Assembly (NCBI GenBank): GCA_951406725.2
Contig: OX597840.1
Location: 18,910,001 to 18,974,000, forward strand
From: Octopus vulgaris
Taxonomy: Eukaryota
Length of the DNA: 64,000 nt
Reading direction: 5' to 3'
Each line of letters begins with the position of its first letter. Positions within the stretch are counted from its first letter, which is position 1. The position numbers were made by a program, and so were the translations under genes. Positions 28,131 through 41,899 of the stretch are shown here, piece after piece. The notes below the pieces were generated by a model, which searched no databases, was not told where the DNA came from, and saw only the letters and a program-made list of their open reading frames with translations.

Positions 28131-28585
28131 AGACGATATTGAACATCACACCACACCACACTACATATAACACCACAACACAACGCCCACACACCAGCAG
28201 TGACCAATTCCCATCCCCACATTTTCCCACCTACACATACACACACGCACATGTCAAGACCACCAGCCCTCTTTCACGCGCACATAGTACTCTCTTATAC
28301 ACACGCGCGCCTTCTTTTTGGGATCACCTGTATTTTGTTATCTCCCCTACTTCTTCGCTTTCCTGTGTGACTTCTCTATCCGGCAGTCGGCATGATAGAT
28401 CGTTAGCCACTACACACATTTTTTTCTCTCCTTCTTTCTCTCCTTGTTTCTTTCTGTGTTCCTTTCTGTGGAAGAGCGTAGGCTCGAAACGTAAAATACT
28501 TTTTCAATTCCTGAGCGTTATACTAATACATCTGTTTATTTTGCTACACCACCTGTGTTCGTCTTTTGTTTTTTCGTGAATTATT

Positions 28586-28684
<99 letters not shown>

Positions 28685-29027
28685 TGTGTGTGTATGTGTG
28701 TCTGTCTGTGTGTGTGTAAAATACAAAATGGGACAACAAAAATCCAGATAGACGATACAAAAAAGGATACAAGGACGGAAAACGGACAATGTTACACAAA
28801 TACAAATACAATAAAAATAATAACAGGACATAACAACAGGTGTCTTTCGACTATACACACACACACACATATATATTTGTGTGTTTGCTGTTGTACTTCC
28901 ACCAACTCTTGACAACCGATCTTTGAGTGTTTACGTTCCCGAAACCTAGAAGTTCGGCAAAAGACACCGATAGAATAAGTACTTGGCTTACAGAGGCTTC
29001 GCCAGAGAATTTATTATAAGATAGTCC

Positions 29028-30221
29028 ATGACTATATATATGGGCTTAAAAATCGTTTTTGATGACGATCTGACGAAGGCCAACTTTTTAGATATTACGC
29101 TTAATTTACACAGTGACTCTTACTTCCCATATCATAAACCGTTGACCAATCTTAAGTACATTAGCAAATTTAGTAATCATCCTGGAGCAATTACTAAGAA
29201 TTTAGTTAAGAATATTTCATTTAGATTATCTAAATTATCTGCTAATGTTGATATTTTCAATAATAACGCTGAATTCTATAACTCTGCCTTAATCAAAGCA
29301 GGTTATACAGAAAAAATTTTCTACATTGATTCTGCTCAGTCTAATTGTAAATTCAATAATGTAGATAAGATTTCTAGTCGTAAAAGAATTATTGATAACA
29401 AACATAACTTACGCACCGATACAAAGCGAATGAAGGCAGATAACCCTTATTTATTCCCCTATTACCGATCTAAAAGTAAATATAACACCTTCAAAAGTAA
29501 TTACGCTATGAACACTAGTAAAAATATTTGGTTAATAATTCCTTACGGGAGACAAATTAAATCTAATCTCCCACTGCTGTTTCGTCAAGCTATTGCTAGG
29601 AATTTTCCAAATAATTCTAGATATTACTCTATAATTAATTCACATAAAGTTAGGATAGGTTTTTCAAACACAAAAAATCTCTTGCAAATTATATCTTCTC
29701 ATAATAACAAACTGTTAAATATTAATACATTTACTAATACTAACATTAATTTAGCTACTACCATCCAACCCTCTAGAAATATTAATAACAAGGTTATTGT
29801 ATCTGAAGTCAATCCCAATAGAATTAAATTTATGTCAAGTAACTCTAAGATTAAAAATTCTATATACCAGTGTATAATCAGTACTCGTAATAAAGTACAA
29901 TTTTACATTGGAAGCACATCGTTAGAGTTATCTAAGAGAATTTCTATCCATTACTCAACATTTAGGGATAGAAATAAACGGAATAGTACCGGTCTCAGCA
30001 AACTGATTTGGAATTTAAAAGACCACAATGAACAATTTCATTTGGAATGGTTGATCCTCTCAATTTCGATACCATATGACAAAGGCAAGAAATTCTGTCT
30101 TCTCTGCAATTCTGAGCTATTTTTCATTATTTTTTCTAAAAATACTCTAGTAAACACGGTTATAGAACGAGCATACAGATGTAAGCATTGGCAAAAACAT
30201 ACTTTTAGTGCATATAAGTAG
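29028..30221 (+). CDS. 5'-truncated PLE ORF: RT thumb plus GIY-YIG endonuclease (397 aa uninterrupted)
   Basis: NFLDITLNL, PYHKP, SNHP, IYQC..FYIGST..KRISIH, STGLSKLIWNLK, CLLCNSE, CKH; the catalytic YxDD motif is absent because of truncation. Confidence 0.88.
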   Translation: MTIYMGLKIVFDDDLTKANFLDITLNLHSDSYFPYHKPLTNLKYISKFSNHPGAITKNLVKNISFRLSKLSANVDIFNNNAEFYNSALIKAGYTEKIFYIDSAQSNCKFNNVDKISSRKRIIDNKHNLRTDTKRMKADNPYLFPYYRSKSKYNTFKSNYAMNTSKNIWLIIPYGRQIKSNLPLLFRQAIARNFPNNSRYYSIINSHKVRIGFSNTKNLLQIISSHNNKLLNINTFTNTNINLATTIQPSRNINNKVIVSEVNPNRIKFMSSNSKIKNSIYQCIISTRNKVQFYIGSTSLELSKRISIHYSTFRDRNKRNSTGLSKLIWNLKDHNEQFHLEWLILSISIPYDKGKKFCLLCNSELFFIIFSKNTLVNTVIERAYRCKHWQKHTFSAYK

Positions 30222-30698
30222 TCTCTATCATTATATATAGTTTAGACTTTAATTTCCTTTATATTTAACATTCACTATTAATATCCCTACTCTTTCTGTT
30301 AGCTACTTATGACGTTATATCATATAACGTTTTTTAAAACAATATTAATAGCGTTCTGTCTATCGCTATACGAATCCATCATTTTTTGCTAAAATGTCGT
30401 ATTGACAAGTTTCGTTTTTTCCCTTTCCCGAAGAGAAGATTGCATTGTTTATACCTTTTATTCTTTTGAATAAGTATCAGTGGAATTTTTGAAACATATG
30501 TAGAAAGAAAAAATACTTGTTTAAACCTGCGTTAACTCCATTTTTTATTCCTATTATTCAAATATTCAACGTAAACACGAAGTTTCAACCTTTATAAACA
30601 AGGAGTTACAACATCTTTACTTGTGAGATTTTTGCTGTCCTGGTAACTATTCATTCATTTATCCGTGTTAAATGTTAACAAGGTAAAATACACTCATC
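30222..30698 (+). mobile_element. PLE 3' pseudo-LTR ending at (TA)n, with a degenerate HHR
   Basis: GAAA catatg TA gaaag at ~30491; 30433-30697 is homologous to the reverse complement of 39715-39999. Confidence 0.75.
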
Positions 30699-30720
30699 TA
30701 TATATATATATATATATATG

Positions 30721-31015
30721 AAGGCGCTTGGCGGCTTGGTGGTTAGGGTGTTGCACTCACGATTGCGAGATCGTGGGTTCGATTCCCAGACTGGGCGTTG
30801 CGTTGTGTTCTTCGGCAAAACACTTCATTTCACGTTGCCCTGGATCATTTCGACATCTGACATGTGGTACCCGTTGCACCTGTGTAGGTAATGTCGATCT
30901 GATGGAGGGAGTGAGCTTATGTCTACACAAACGTTTGATCACTATAAACAAATCATTTGTGTGGTTGTTCGGTAAGAAATTGTCGAACACTCATATGTCA
31001 TTTAACGACGGGAGA
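30721..31015 (+). mobile_element. SINE family C (tRNA-derived)
   Basis: A-box tggcggcttggtgg, B-box GGTTCGATTCC, body aaaacacttcatttcacgttgc. Confidence 0.8.
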
Positions 31016-31033
31016 GTCCATCATATACATCTA

Positions 31034-31356
<323 letters not shown>

Positions 31357-31420
31357 AATTTCCTCTATTTACATAATATTGAGGTCTCTTTCTTTCTTTT
31401 GTTATCTTACCGTTTTATCA

Positions 31421-31488
<68 letters not shown>

Positions 31489-31687
31489 GTGTGTGTATGC
31501 ACATACGCAGTTATAAACGATTGGTGCCCTCAAAAGTTTTCTGGCAAAAAATTTTACTCACAAGACATTGGTCGGCCTGTGGGTTACAGTAGAAAAGGCA
31601 CACAGTGCCGTTCAGTGGGAATGATCCTGAAATCTCGTGTTTGTAAAATGAGTTTCTTAACTACACAGCCAAGCCTGCATCTAATAT

Positions 31688-31890
31688 CAAAACATGTTGA
31701 AGAATTTAGCACATGGTTCGGAGAACTTTTTTAACCAATTACTCCAAATATGTTTGTTTACACCGACCTTAACCGATTGATTTGAAAGGAAGAAAATGAT
31801 GGATTCTTTGAATTCAAAAAGTCCACTGAATCTATTTTTGGGAATCTATTTTGGGGAATATATCTATATGAATCAAGTTATATTTCCCTT
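31688..31890 (+). pseudogene. Possible hAT transposase C-terminal remnant
   Basis: EEFSTWFGE and G-IYLYESSY loosely resemble the hAT dimerisation motif FGSTYLCESxFS. Confidence 0.25.
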
Positions 31891-32659
31891 GCATTGGACA
31901 GATGCAGTTTTGCCAGAAGAAAAATTCCTGTCGTAAGAAGGAACACGTTTTTTTTTCATGTAATTATACTTGTGTCTAATGAGTCCTCATTACCTCCAAG
32001 AATTTCCCCGGTTCGCCGACACCTGATTTAGCAGATTTCATTGCTGGAATTAAAACTGTCTAGCGTTTTGGTCAGATGGTCAATCAGATGAGATTTCACA
32101 TAAAATAAAATATACCAAAATAATAACAAAAGAAAACCAATAAAAAAGAAAGCGGTCACGGTATCAAAGAAGATTTTGAGAAGGCCAAAGGAAATGGAAT
32201 AATTTAGAATCTGAGACTTGGTAATATTCTACAGGATATCTTTAAATTAAGTTATCTCATTATTTACTAAAGAAGAATTTTCCGTTTCCAATGTCCTTCC
32301 AAGATTCTCGGAGTAATTGCTTCTTACCATTATTTGTGGCTGGTCAATATAAAAACAAAACGAAACAAGACAGAATAAAACTGCAACAGCAAATACAAAA
32401 CAAAACAATAATAATAATAAGAAGAAGAAAAAACAATGGTGAACCATGTGATGCTATTGACAAAGTTCTATAATTGGAAAAATGCGTGTGTACATGTATG
32501 TGTGTATACACACACACATGTATGTATGTATTTATATATATACATGCGTGCATACCTACCTACATATACACATACAAACGTGCATACATACATATATGTA
32601 TATATAAATGCTTATATGCGTCTATATGCATGTACATACAAACATACATACATGCATAC

Positions 32660-33395
32660 AGATGAGCTACTGAGAGAAGCTAAAAGAACTAAAGCTCTAC
32701 CCCCTGGAGTGAAGGCGAAAACATGCAGTGATATACATATAGAAGATCCTGGAAGGTCAAGCTCCTAACTTTTGGATTTAAAAGCTATACCAATCACCGA
32801 ACAGGATGGCACTGCATTATACTCGAGATCCATCTCCATCTCGAATAAGGATCCAGTACCTATTTCTTTACTACCCACAAGGGGCTAAACACAGAGGGGA
32901 CAAACAAGGATAGACATAGGTATTTAAGTCGATTACATCAACCCCAGTGCGTACCTGGTACTTAATTTATCGACCCCGAAAGGATGAAAGGCAAAGTCGA
33001 CCTCGGCGGAATTTGAACTCAGAACGTAACGGCAGACGAAATACCGCTAAGCATTTCACCCGATGTGCTATCGATTCTGCCAGCTCGTCGCCTTTTCTCA
33101 AATAAGGACCCAGTACCACAACAGCTTGGCTTTCAGAGCATCGAAACTGTTTAATATCCTGTCAAATAACCACAGAAATTTGCGAGGTGTAGATGTCAAA
33201 ACCTTCAAAAAGCTCCTGGCCAAATTTCTGTCTGAAATCCCAAATGGATCCGCAACGTGGCAGAAGTCACAAAGAAGAGCAGCGCCGTCCAACTCGCTTC
33301 TTCACTAGTAACAGTACAGAAGAGATAGCCCCCAAAACTGAGAGGGGTGTTCCAGCATGGCCCCCAGCCTTTGTCTGAAACCAGTAAAAGTTAAG
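32660..33395 (+). mobile_element. CR1-like LINE 3' fragment interrupted by a SINE
   Basis: SY*EKLKELKLYPLE*RR..IYI*KILEG..PNF; NSLAFRASKLFNIL..FKKLLAKFLSEIP..SNSLLH*; short 3' tail. Confidence 0.8.
32861..33095 (-). mobile_element. SINE family B with 22-bp TSD
   Basis: tctcgaataaggatccagtacc (32839-32860) and tctcaaataaggacccagtacc (33096-33117). Confidence 0.92.
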
Positions 33396-33482
33396 ACACA
33401 CACACGCACACACATACATATATATATAACATATTTTTACAAACACAGATACACACACAGACACAGACACACACAGACACAG

Positions 33483-33549
<67 letters not shown>

Positions 33550-33596
33550 ACATATTTTACAAACACACACACACACACAGACAGAAAGAGAGAGAG

Positions 33597-33631
<35 letters not shown>

Positions 33632-34334
33632 TACAGAGACACACATACACACATATATATATATATATCATATTTTTACAGACATACACACACACAGAGA
33701 CTCAGACACACAGACACACACACAGACACACACACAGACACACACACAGACTCAGACACACACACAGACACACAGACACACACACACACAGACACACAGA
33801 CACACACACACACACACACGCACACGCAGATTCATGCACTTATTGCAGCAGTCCTTCAGTTTTTCTAAACCCTGAAAGGCCGGGCCTCCAATCAAGCCTT
33901 TCGTGATACTCTTAAAGCCAGGAAAGTTTCAGCACCCCACCCCCGTGTATACTGATTTTACAACAATGACGACGACATCGGCGATGTTGACGATGATAAT
34001 GATGATGTTGACGATGACCATGATAACATCAGACATGTTGGCAACGATGATGACGAAGACAACGATTTATCATTCCCATCTACGAGTGTCTTTGTGACTC
34101 TGCTGAGTTGTCACGCTCTGTTTCTGCTGCCATTAAAAGCTTATTATCTTCATTCGTGCAGAACATAGGTTCTTCTCTTACCTGTCAACAGAGTCAGGTG
34201 AGAGACTAGAAATTTCAGTCAAATTTCTCTTACACCACATCCTCTTGCTTTCAACAATGAAGGACACACTAAATAGTTAAGTTACCAACACATATATACA
34301 TACCTATGTTGGAATTTATGTGTCAATATATATA

Positions 34335-34538
34335 TGTGAAGATCAGTGAAAAAGAGAACACCTATGCTGAACTATTGAGAAATCTGCAGTTCCTCTATCT
34401 AAATTACAAGTTCAGGTTTAAACCTGTAATTATTGGGGCCCTGGGATATGTAACACGCTGCCTAAATACCAATCTTAAGAAATTAGGCTTATCAAAACCA
34501 GAAAGGAGAAAGCTAATTCGAAGGCTACAGATCCAATT
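34335..34538 (+). pseudogene. R4/Dong-like (restriction-like endonuclease) non-LTR C-terminal fragment
   Basis: EKENTYAELL..FKPVIIGALGYV..L..LKKLG. Confidence 0.7.
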
Positions 34539-34722
34539 TATCATATATATATATATATATTTTATTATATAGAAGGAGCTTCTACAGGACTAGAACTGTT
34601 TCATTCAAGAGAAATCATCAGGAAGCTCCTGTAGAAGCTCCTTCTATATAATAAATTAATTTTACTCTGCTATGTATTGAGTACCTTATTTACTGTGGTT
34701 AACCCCGAATCAACCCGGGACC

Positions 34723-34798
<76 letters not shown>

Positions 34799-35200
34799 GC
34801 CTTATGGCTTAACAGCCCTTACTGTTTGTTTTTGCTGTTTTGCTCTCACTGTCCTGTTTTTGTCACCACTTTAACCCTGCGCAAATCCCAAATTTTAAAA
34901 ATTTGTTTTACGGGAACGACTGTTTTATCGAAGTCGCATCTTGTCCTAACGTTCCAAACGCGGAAAAGATAAAACAGGGGACAACTGATGAAGGGATTGT
35001 TCTTTATGTTGCCTGTCTCGCTCGTTTCTCTATTTGTTTGTTTCTTTGTTAAAAAAAAGTTCGTTTTCCATGTTTTTGTTTTTTATGTTCACGTTTTTCA
35101 TCTTGTTCACGTGTTTTTGACGGTCCTGTACCTGTACCCATATATATATATAATTTATATTATTATATGATCGAACGCCACGCATCCATTTCCAAGTAAG

Positions 35201-35242
<42 letters not shown>

Positions 35243-35270
35243 AATATATATATATATAATTATATGTATA

Positions 35271-35316
<46 letters not shown>

Positions 35317-35340
35317 TATATATATACATATATATATATA

Positions 35341-35438
<98 letters not shown>

Positions 35439-35654
35439 CATGTATATATATAATTGCGTCATATGTAAACAAACAAAACTATGTTTTTGAAGCACTGAAA
35501 TGTATAGTAGTACAATTACAAAGATATATTTTTTCAACGCGTAAGTACTGACAGAACAGCATATATAGGATAAAATCCTTACAGAGCAGAAAAATCTGTA
35601 AGCAATCAGCCATGAGATTCAAAGGGATGTGAGTTCGAGTTCCATGGCTGGTTG

Positions 35655-35940
35655 TTAACCTCCAGACGACTTCGGAATCTCCTGTAACTTCTCTGGTTGG
35701 TCTCCTTGTTTAAGTTGGTGAATGCTGCCATAATCTTTGCCTTCATCTTTGGTATTACAAGAAGTTTTGTTGGTCTCTTGCTCGACTGTACCTCACACAT
35801 AATAATCAAGGGGGTTGCAGTCTGGGGTGTTAGGTGGCCAGACTTTGGGAGTGATGCGGTTGCAGAAATTGTCTGACAGCCATGACTGGGTTCTCCTGTT
35901 TGTTTTAGCATGGTGCAAAGTCCTACTGCCAGACATAGGG
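35655..35940 (-). pseudogene. Tc1/mariner (maT-like) transposase remnant
   Basis: TQSWLSDNF..VWPPNTPDCNPLDYYV; RRFRSRLE. Confidence 0.8.
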
Positions 35941-36259
35941 TCTTTCACGGGAGACGACCAGGGTTGCCGGGTGTACGAATAAGAATACAAGAGTTATGGG
36001 ATGGAGTTCTGAAGATCCTGGTTACATATGTTTCATAGCGGTCGAAACCTCAGAGGTCCTGACAGAATCTTCTATGTGTCAACATGTACATCCTTGCGAC
36101 AATGTAGCCTTTAATTTAATCAAGATATCTTTGTCCTGAAGTGTAGCCGGCGGCATACACCTCGCCTAGATTTGTACTACCTCTGACGTTCTGGCTATTA
36201 TGAAACATATGTATCCCGGATCTTATATACTTCATTCCGTAACTCTTGTGTGTGTATTT

Positions 36260-36310
<51 letters not shown>

Positions 36311-36316
36311 CACACA

Positions 36317-36365
<49 letters not shown>

Positions 36366-36370
<5 letters not shown>

Positions 36371-36664
36371 CGTGGTCACCGTGATAAACCAGGCTATCAG
36401 ATGTTGCTACGCATCGCTGGTTACAATGCGTTTCGCATTGTTTTAACTTTCAAATGACGCCACCCCGCTGGCTAAGCGGGGTGGCGTCAACAGAAGAAAG
36501 AGTGAGAGAAAGTTGTAGCGAAAGATTACATTAGGGACCGCCACCACCCCTGTCGGAGCCTCGTGGAGCTTTAGGTGTTTTCGCTCAATAAACACTCACA
36601 ACGCCCCGGTATGGGAATCAAAACCGCGAGTCCGCTGCCCTAACCACTAGGCCATTGCGCCTCC

Positions 36665-36665
<1 letters not shown>
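36366..36665 (-). mobile_element. SINE family D (tRNA-derived)
   Basis: rc head ggaggcgcaatggcctagtggttagg; body shared with 45080-45299. Confidence 0.8.
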
Positions 36666-36728
<63 letters not shown>

Positions 36729-39044
36729 ACACACACACACACACATATGTATGTATTGACATTATCGACTACACATACTCAGCATACACACTGTGTGTGT
36801 TTGCCGGCAGGCTGCGATATGACGTGGTGGCGGTTACCGATTCAAAGCGCTAGGTTTCACAACACCTGAAAATCGTGAACAGGCCAGACAACTCACTCTA
36901 AATCCCTTTAGGATCGGATCCCTGAATGAGATTTGGGGTAAGTTGTCGATAATGTGTGGGTTGGGATGCATGGTCGATAATGTTTACCACACTAGCGCTA
37001 GGATTGCTGTTGTAGCTTTCGAATGATGCCAATTCTTTGGCTGGGCAGACAGGAAGGCTCTTCAAGCCCCCTGAACGGAAAGCCAGTCCATTGCAAGGCT
37101 AGCTGTTTACAGCGGAGTGGACTGGAACAACGTGCAATGAAGAGCAATGAGGTATTTTGCTGAAAGAACATAAAGCCAACGCTTTAGAAGAACATACTTG
37201 CCCCAGGTGCCGCGAAGTGGGATTGAACCCCAGAATCAAGTGGCAGCAAAGTGAACTCTTACCCATACAGCTATGCTCACAACCAATGCCTTGCGTTTTT
37301 CTTCAGCTACTGCTATATTTTAAACTAGTACAAACCGTCGGTTTGCTATTAAAATGTTTATCAAAAATGGCGAATCTGCGATATTATTTTTCTGTATCTG
37401 ATTAAAAGACGACATTGTCCCGATTGTCACGACTAGAAATGTATTTGATTAGGTCAGCTGGATCAGGGTTAAACTTAGGGTTAAAAAAAAGCAATATAAA
37501 CAACAGCAAGAACGACAATTACGATGGCGCCGATGACAGCGACAACAACAAAGCCTTGTCGCTTGTGGTGGTCAGGAACAGGCCGAACCCATTTCTAAAC
37601 ATGTCACGTCATGCACTTGCTATTCACTTTTCCCATCATCATCATCATCATCATCATCATCACCACCACCACCTTGTCGTCTATTTAGAATTTTTTATGC
37701 AGAGATTTTATTTTTAATATTCTTAACTCTTCTAACAGAGCATCCTTCATTTTCATGATGATGAGGATGACGATGATACTGAAGAGATGGAGGAGCTAAA
37801 GAAGAAGAGATAGGGAGGTGGTGGGGAAGAGGTAGGGAGGGCATCACCAACATCATCGTCGTCATCATCATTATCGTCACTGTCGTCACCACGACAGCCA
37901 TCATCATGACCATCATCTTCGCCAACCTTCATCAATTTCATTATCCGCAAACATCGCCATCCATCCACAACTTGTCACCATCATCGCCAACATACCCATC
38001 ACAATCACCAACCACTACCCCCACAGCCTCTTCCTCTTCCTCCCCTCCTCCCCTTCATCCTCCACCTCCTCCTCCTACTCCTCCTCCTCCTCCCCCTCCT
38101 CCCATTCCTCCTCCTCGTCATCGTCGTCCTCCTCCTTCCCTTCTTTCTCCTCCCCCCCTTGTCATCCTCTTCCCCTTCCTCCTCCTCCACACCTTCACCT
38201 CCCCCCTTCACCTCCCCCCTTCACCCTCCGCATCCTCCTCCTCCCCTCCTCCCCTTTGTCCTTCTCCTCCACCGCACCATCATCCTTATCATCACCACCA
38301 CGATGGTCACCATGATCATCGTCATCATGACCATCATGATAATCGTCATCATCATCATCATCATCATCATCGTCATCATCGTCATCGTCGTCGTCGTCAT
38401 CTTTATCGTTGCTGACGTTGTCACAATATCAGTAGAAAAAAAAGGAAAAGAAAACAAGATGGAGGCATCTAATCTGTCTTAAAAATCTAAATCTGATCCA
38501 AAGTTCGGAGAATGGCGACCTATCAAGTTACGCAACATAGAGTTTGATTTGGTATATGAGTGTGTGTGTGCTTGTGTGTGTATGTGTGTGCGTATGTGTG
38601 TGTTAAAAAATATATGTATCGGTGTGAGTATGCATATATGTATGTTAATATAACTATATATATATATATATATATATCCCCTCTTTCTCTTTTTCTTTCT
38701 CTCGTTGCTTACACGTGACCATCGTCCATCTTTCTTTTCTTGCACGATGTCCTAAGGACTGGAGCCTCTTCTTATCTTTCTCTTTTCAAAGAAAATATTC
38801 CTCCCAGTGATCATGATCTAACGACCCGCCATGTTTGTTTTCGTTCGGTTTCCTTATACGTCTCCACTATCCTGCTTTTGTTCCCAGCTTGACCCTCCAT
38901 AAATCCATAATTTTATTTTGGAAGTTATGGGAGAAACTGTCTTCAAACTCTCATATTGTCGTTGAATGCTCGAAATGAGGAGTAGGTAGAGAGCCGACAA
39001 CTAATGTAGGGTCGTTCTTGTCCTGTTTTTCATTTTTTCTCTCG

Positions 39045-39999
39045 TCGCAATTCTAGGTAGTAATCCTTGGTAAATCTATATAAATTTCCTGTTTTATCAG
39101 ATTGAACCAGTATCCCATCAATGTTGTGAATTTATTTGGTGATATTATGAAGATACCACAACTAACGAGCCTAGTTAGTACTTAGATAGAGGCGGCGAGC
39201 TGGCAGAATCGTTAGCACGCCGAACGAAATGCTTAGCTGTATTTCGTCTGCCGTTACGTTCTGAGTTTACATTCCGCCGAGGTCGACTTTGCCTTTCATC
39301 CTTTCGCACTGGGGTCGATATAATCGACTTAATCCGTCTGTCTGTCTGTCATTGTTTGTCCTCTCTGTGTTTAGCCCCTTGTGGGTAGCAAAGAAATAGA
39401 TATTATGAAGATACCTCAGATGTTTATTCCTTAAGGGTGAACGATGGAATTTCACATTCCTCACGATAGACCAGATTGTTTTTAGATTTAAAAAATTTGC
39501 TGTAGATCGTTAGAAGGTTGTTTAATGTCTTTATTTTCGAAGAAGAAAGCAAGCCATCTTATACAGTTAATAAAGGAGTTTGTTTACTAATGAATTGTTT
39601 AGGGAAAAACTTCCTTGGGGGAATGAGTATATCCTTAAGAGATGCATTTATATAAATAACTCCATATGTGGTAATATTTTATTAGCAGGTTATATGGAAA
39701 CCTGGTTGAAGTGTATATAAATGAATGTGTATTTTTTCAATGTGTACAAATAACACGGAAAAATATAAATAGTTGCCAGTGTAGCAAAAATTCACATAAG
39801 GGCCAATGATATTTCAGCCTACTTATAAAGGTAGAAATTCCAGGGTTAAGTGAAATATTTTTGTATATCATAGATAAATTAAGAAATGGAGTCAAACGCA
39901 GCTGTTATTCAAATCTTTATACTTCCGACATATGTTTCGAAGAAAACATTGATATTTTTCCGGAGGGAATAAAAAGATGTAAAACAATGCAATCATCTC
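39045..39999 (-). mobile_element. PLE pLTR plus N-terminal ORF remnant, inverted, interrupted by SINE B
   Basis: Homologue of 30433-30697, continuing into MRNVKF..LRYLHNI..GILVQSDKTGNLYRF once the SINE is removed. Confidence 0.7.
39189..39398 (+). mobile_element. SINE family B
   Basis: Matches the 14018 copy; gatattatgaagatacc at 39141-39157 and 39399-39415. Confidence 0.9.
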
Positions 40000-40002
40000 G
40001 CC

Positions 40003-41125
40003 AGGGATGATTGCATCAATGGAGGTTTATATTGTGACGATTGTCTGCTCTACTTTCAAAATGTTTCTCGCCATAAATTACAAAGGGTGAAAAATAGGTT
40101 GCTTAAATTTTTCCGAAACATGGGCTTAAACATTATTTTCGATGATGATATAACAAAAGCCAACTTTTTGGATATTACCCTTAACTTATATAATGATTCA
40201 TATTTCCCATACCATAAACCCTCAACTAATTCAAAATATATTAGCTCTCAGTAATCATTCAAAGGCTATTACAAGGAATTTAGCTAGAAATATTTCTCTT
40301 AGACTTTCTAGTTTATCTACTAATGTTGATATTTTCAAAGATAAAGCCAAATTTTATAACTCTGACTTACTCAAAGCAGGCTATAAAAAAATTACCTATA
40401 TTAACCCCATTGACATTAATTCTAACACTAAATAGAGAAATGTAATTTTGCAACGTAAGGGGGGTAACCGTTCTTTATGTCCCTTTATACGTAATAACAA
40501 AAATTTAAGGCTTTTAAAGATAATTACCCTAATAACAAGGTGTGTCCTAGTAAAACTGTTTGGTTGATAATTCCATATGGTAATCATATCAAATCCAACC
40601 TCCCTTATCAGTTTCGTGAAGTTATTGATAAGAATTTCCCCCAAAATTCCATTCCATTATCAATTCATACCGAATTAGAATAGGGTTTTCAAACAATAAA
40701 ACCTTTCACAAATCATCTCTTCACATAACAATAGGTTGTTAAATACAAATCCACTTAATGAAAATAATAACATTGATGTTATTAAAGCTAACCATTCTTC
40801 GAACAATAATAACAACAATATTAATATTTCCGATATAAATTCGAATTGTATTCGTTTCCTTAGCAGTAATTCTAAGACTATAAACTCTGTTTATCTGGTT
40901 CTGATGTCTTTTTTTATTACATATATAGTACTTCATCTCAGTTGTCGAAAACAATATCTAACCATTACAATTAGACATATCAATAAACACACCAATACTG
41001 GGTTTAGTAAATTAATTTAGTTTCTAAAGGAACATAATAAACAATTTGATTTGGAATGGAATATTCTATCTAGATCCTTTCTATATGATAAAGGTAAATA
41101 TTTTTGTCCGCTCTGTTTTGGCAGC
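40003..41125 (+). pseudogene. Degenerate PLE RT/GIY-YIG, paralogue of the 29028 ORF
   Basis: GGLYCDDCLL, MGLNIIFDDDITKANFLDITLNL, SNHSKAITRNLARNISLRLS, TGFSKLI, YDKGKYFCPLC. Confidence 0.85.
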
Positions 41126-41127
41126 AA

Positions 41128-41325
41128 AGCACCACATATTAAATATGCTGCCAGAGGTTCGATAATGGATGTAAACACCATATCTGCAGTTTCTGAATGC
41201 AAGATCGGTGCCAGAATATCCCCCTGTTTCACTCCATTTTGCATTGAAATGGGCTCCGACATTTTCCCTCTAACATGAAAAGACCTAACCAAAGCAAGGA
41301 ACTTTTCAGAACACCCATACATAAT
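41128..41325 (-). pseudogene. RTE-like LINE RT fragment
   Basis: YGCSEKFLALVRSFH..SEPISMQNGVKQGDILAPIL. Confidence 0.8.
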
Positions 41326-41539
41326 ATTCATACATACATATATATGACGGGCTTGGAGGTAGTGGTGATGGAGGCTGGTGCGATTTTGATGTTTGCTGGT
41401 TTGCCGAGAGAGATCCAGCGGGGTCTAACTGGTTCCCCGATATTAAAGGTGTAATGTAGATGTGTTATGATGCAGCGGCTGGTGTGGTGGTGATGCTAGC
41501 TGGTGCGATGGTCTTCACAAAATCGCGTATATATATATG

Positions 41540-41580
<41 letters not shown>

Positions 41581-41587
41581 CTTTGTA

Positions 41588-41676
<89 letters not shown>

Positions 41677-41826
41677 GTAAATATATATATATATGAAAAA
41701 TCAGAGAAAATTCTAATATACACATGTATTAGAATTTTCTCTGATTTTTCAGATTTTTTGTATGGTAGACTACTGGTTTTAAATTGATATTAAAATTACT
41801 ATTAATTTATCTCCCTCATTATTTAA

Positions 41827-41896
<70 letters not shown>

Positions 41897-41899
<3 letters not shown>

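Noticed and set aside
37906-38482. Pro/His-rich ORFs resembling transcription-factor low-complexity regions
   Set aside because: Built from CCT and CAT triplet repeats open in several frames, with no adjoining folded domain or clear splice structure.
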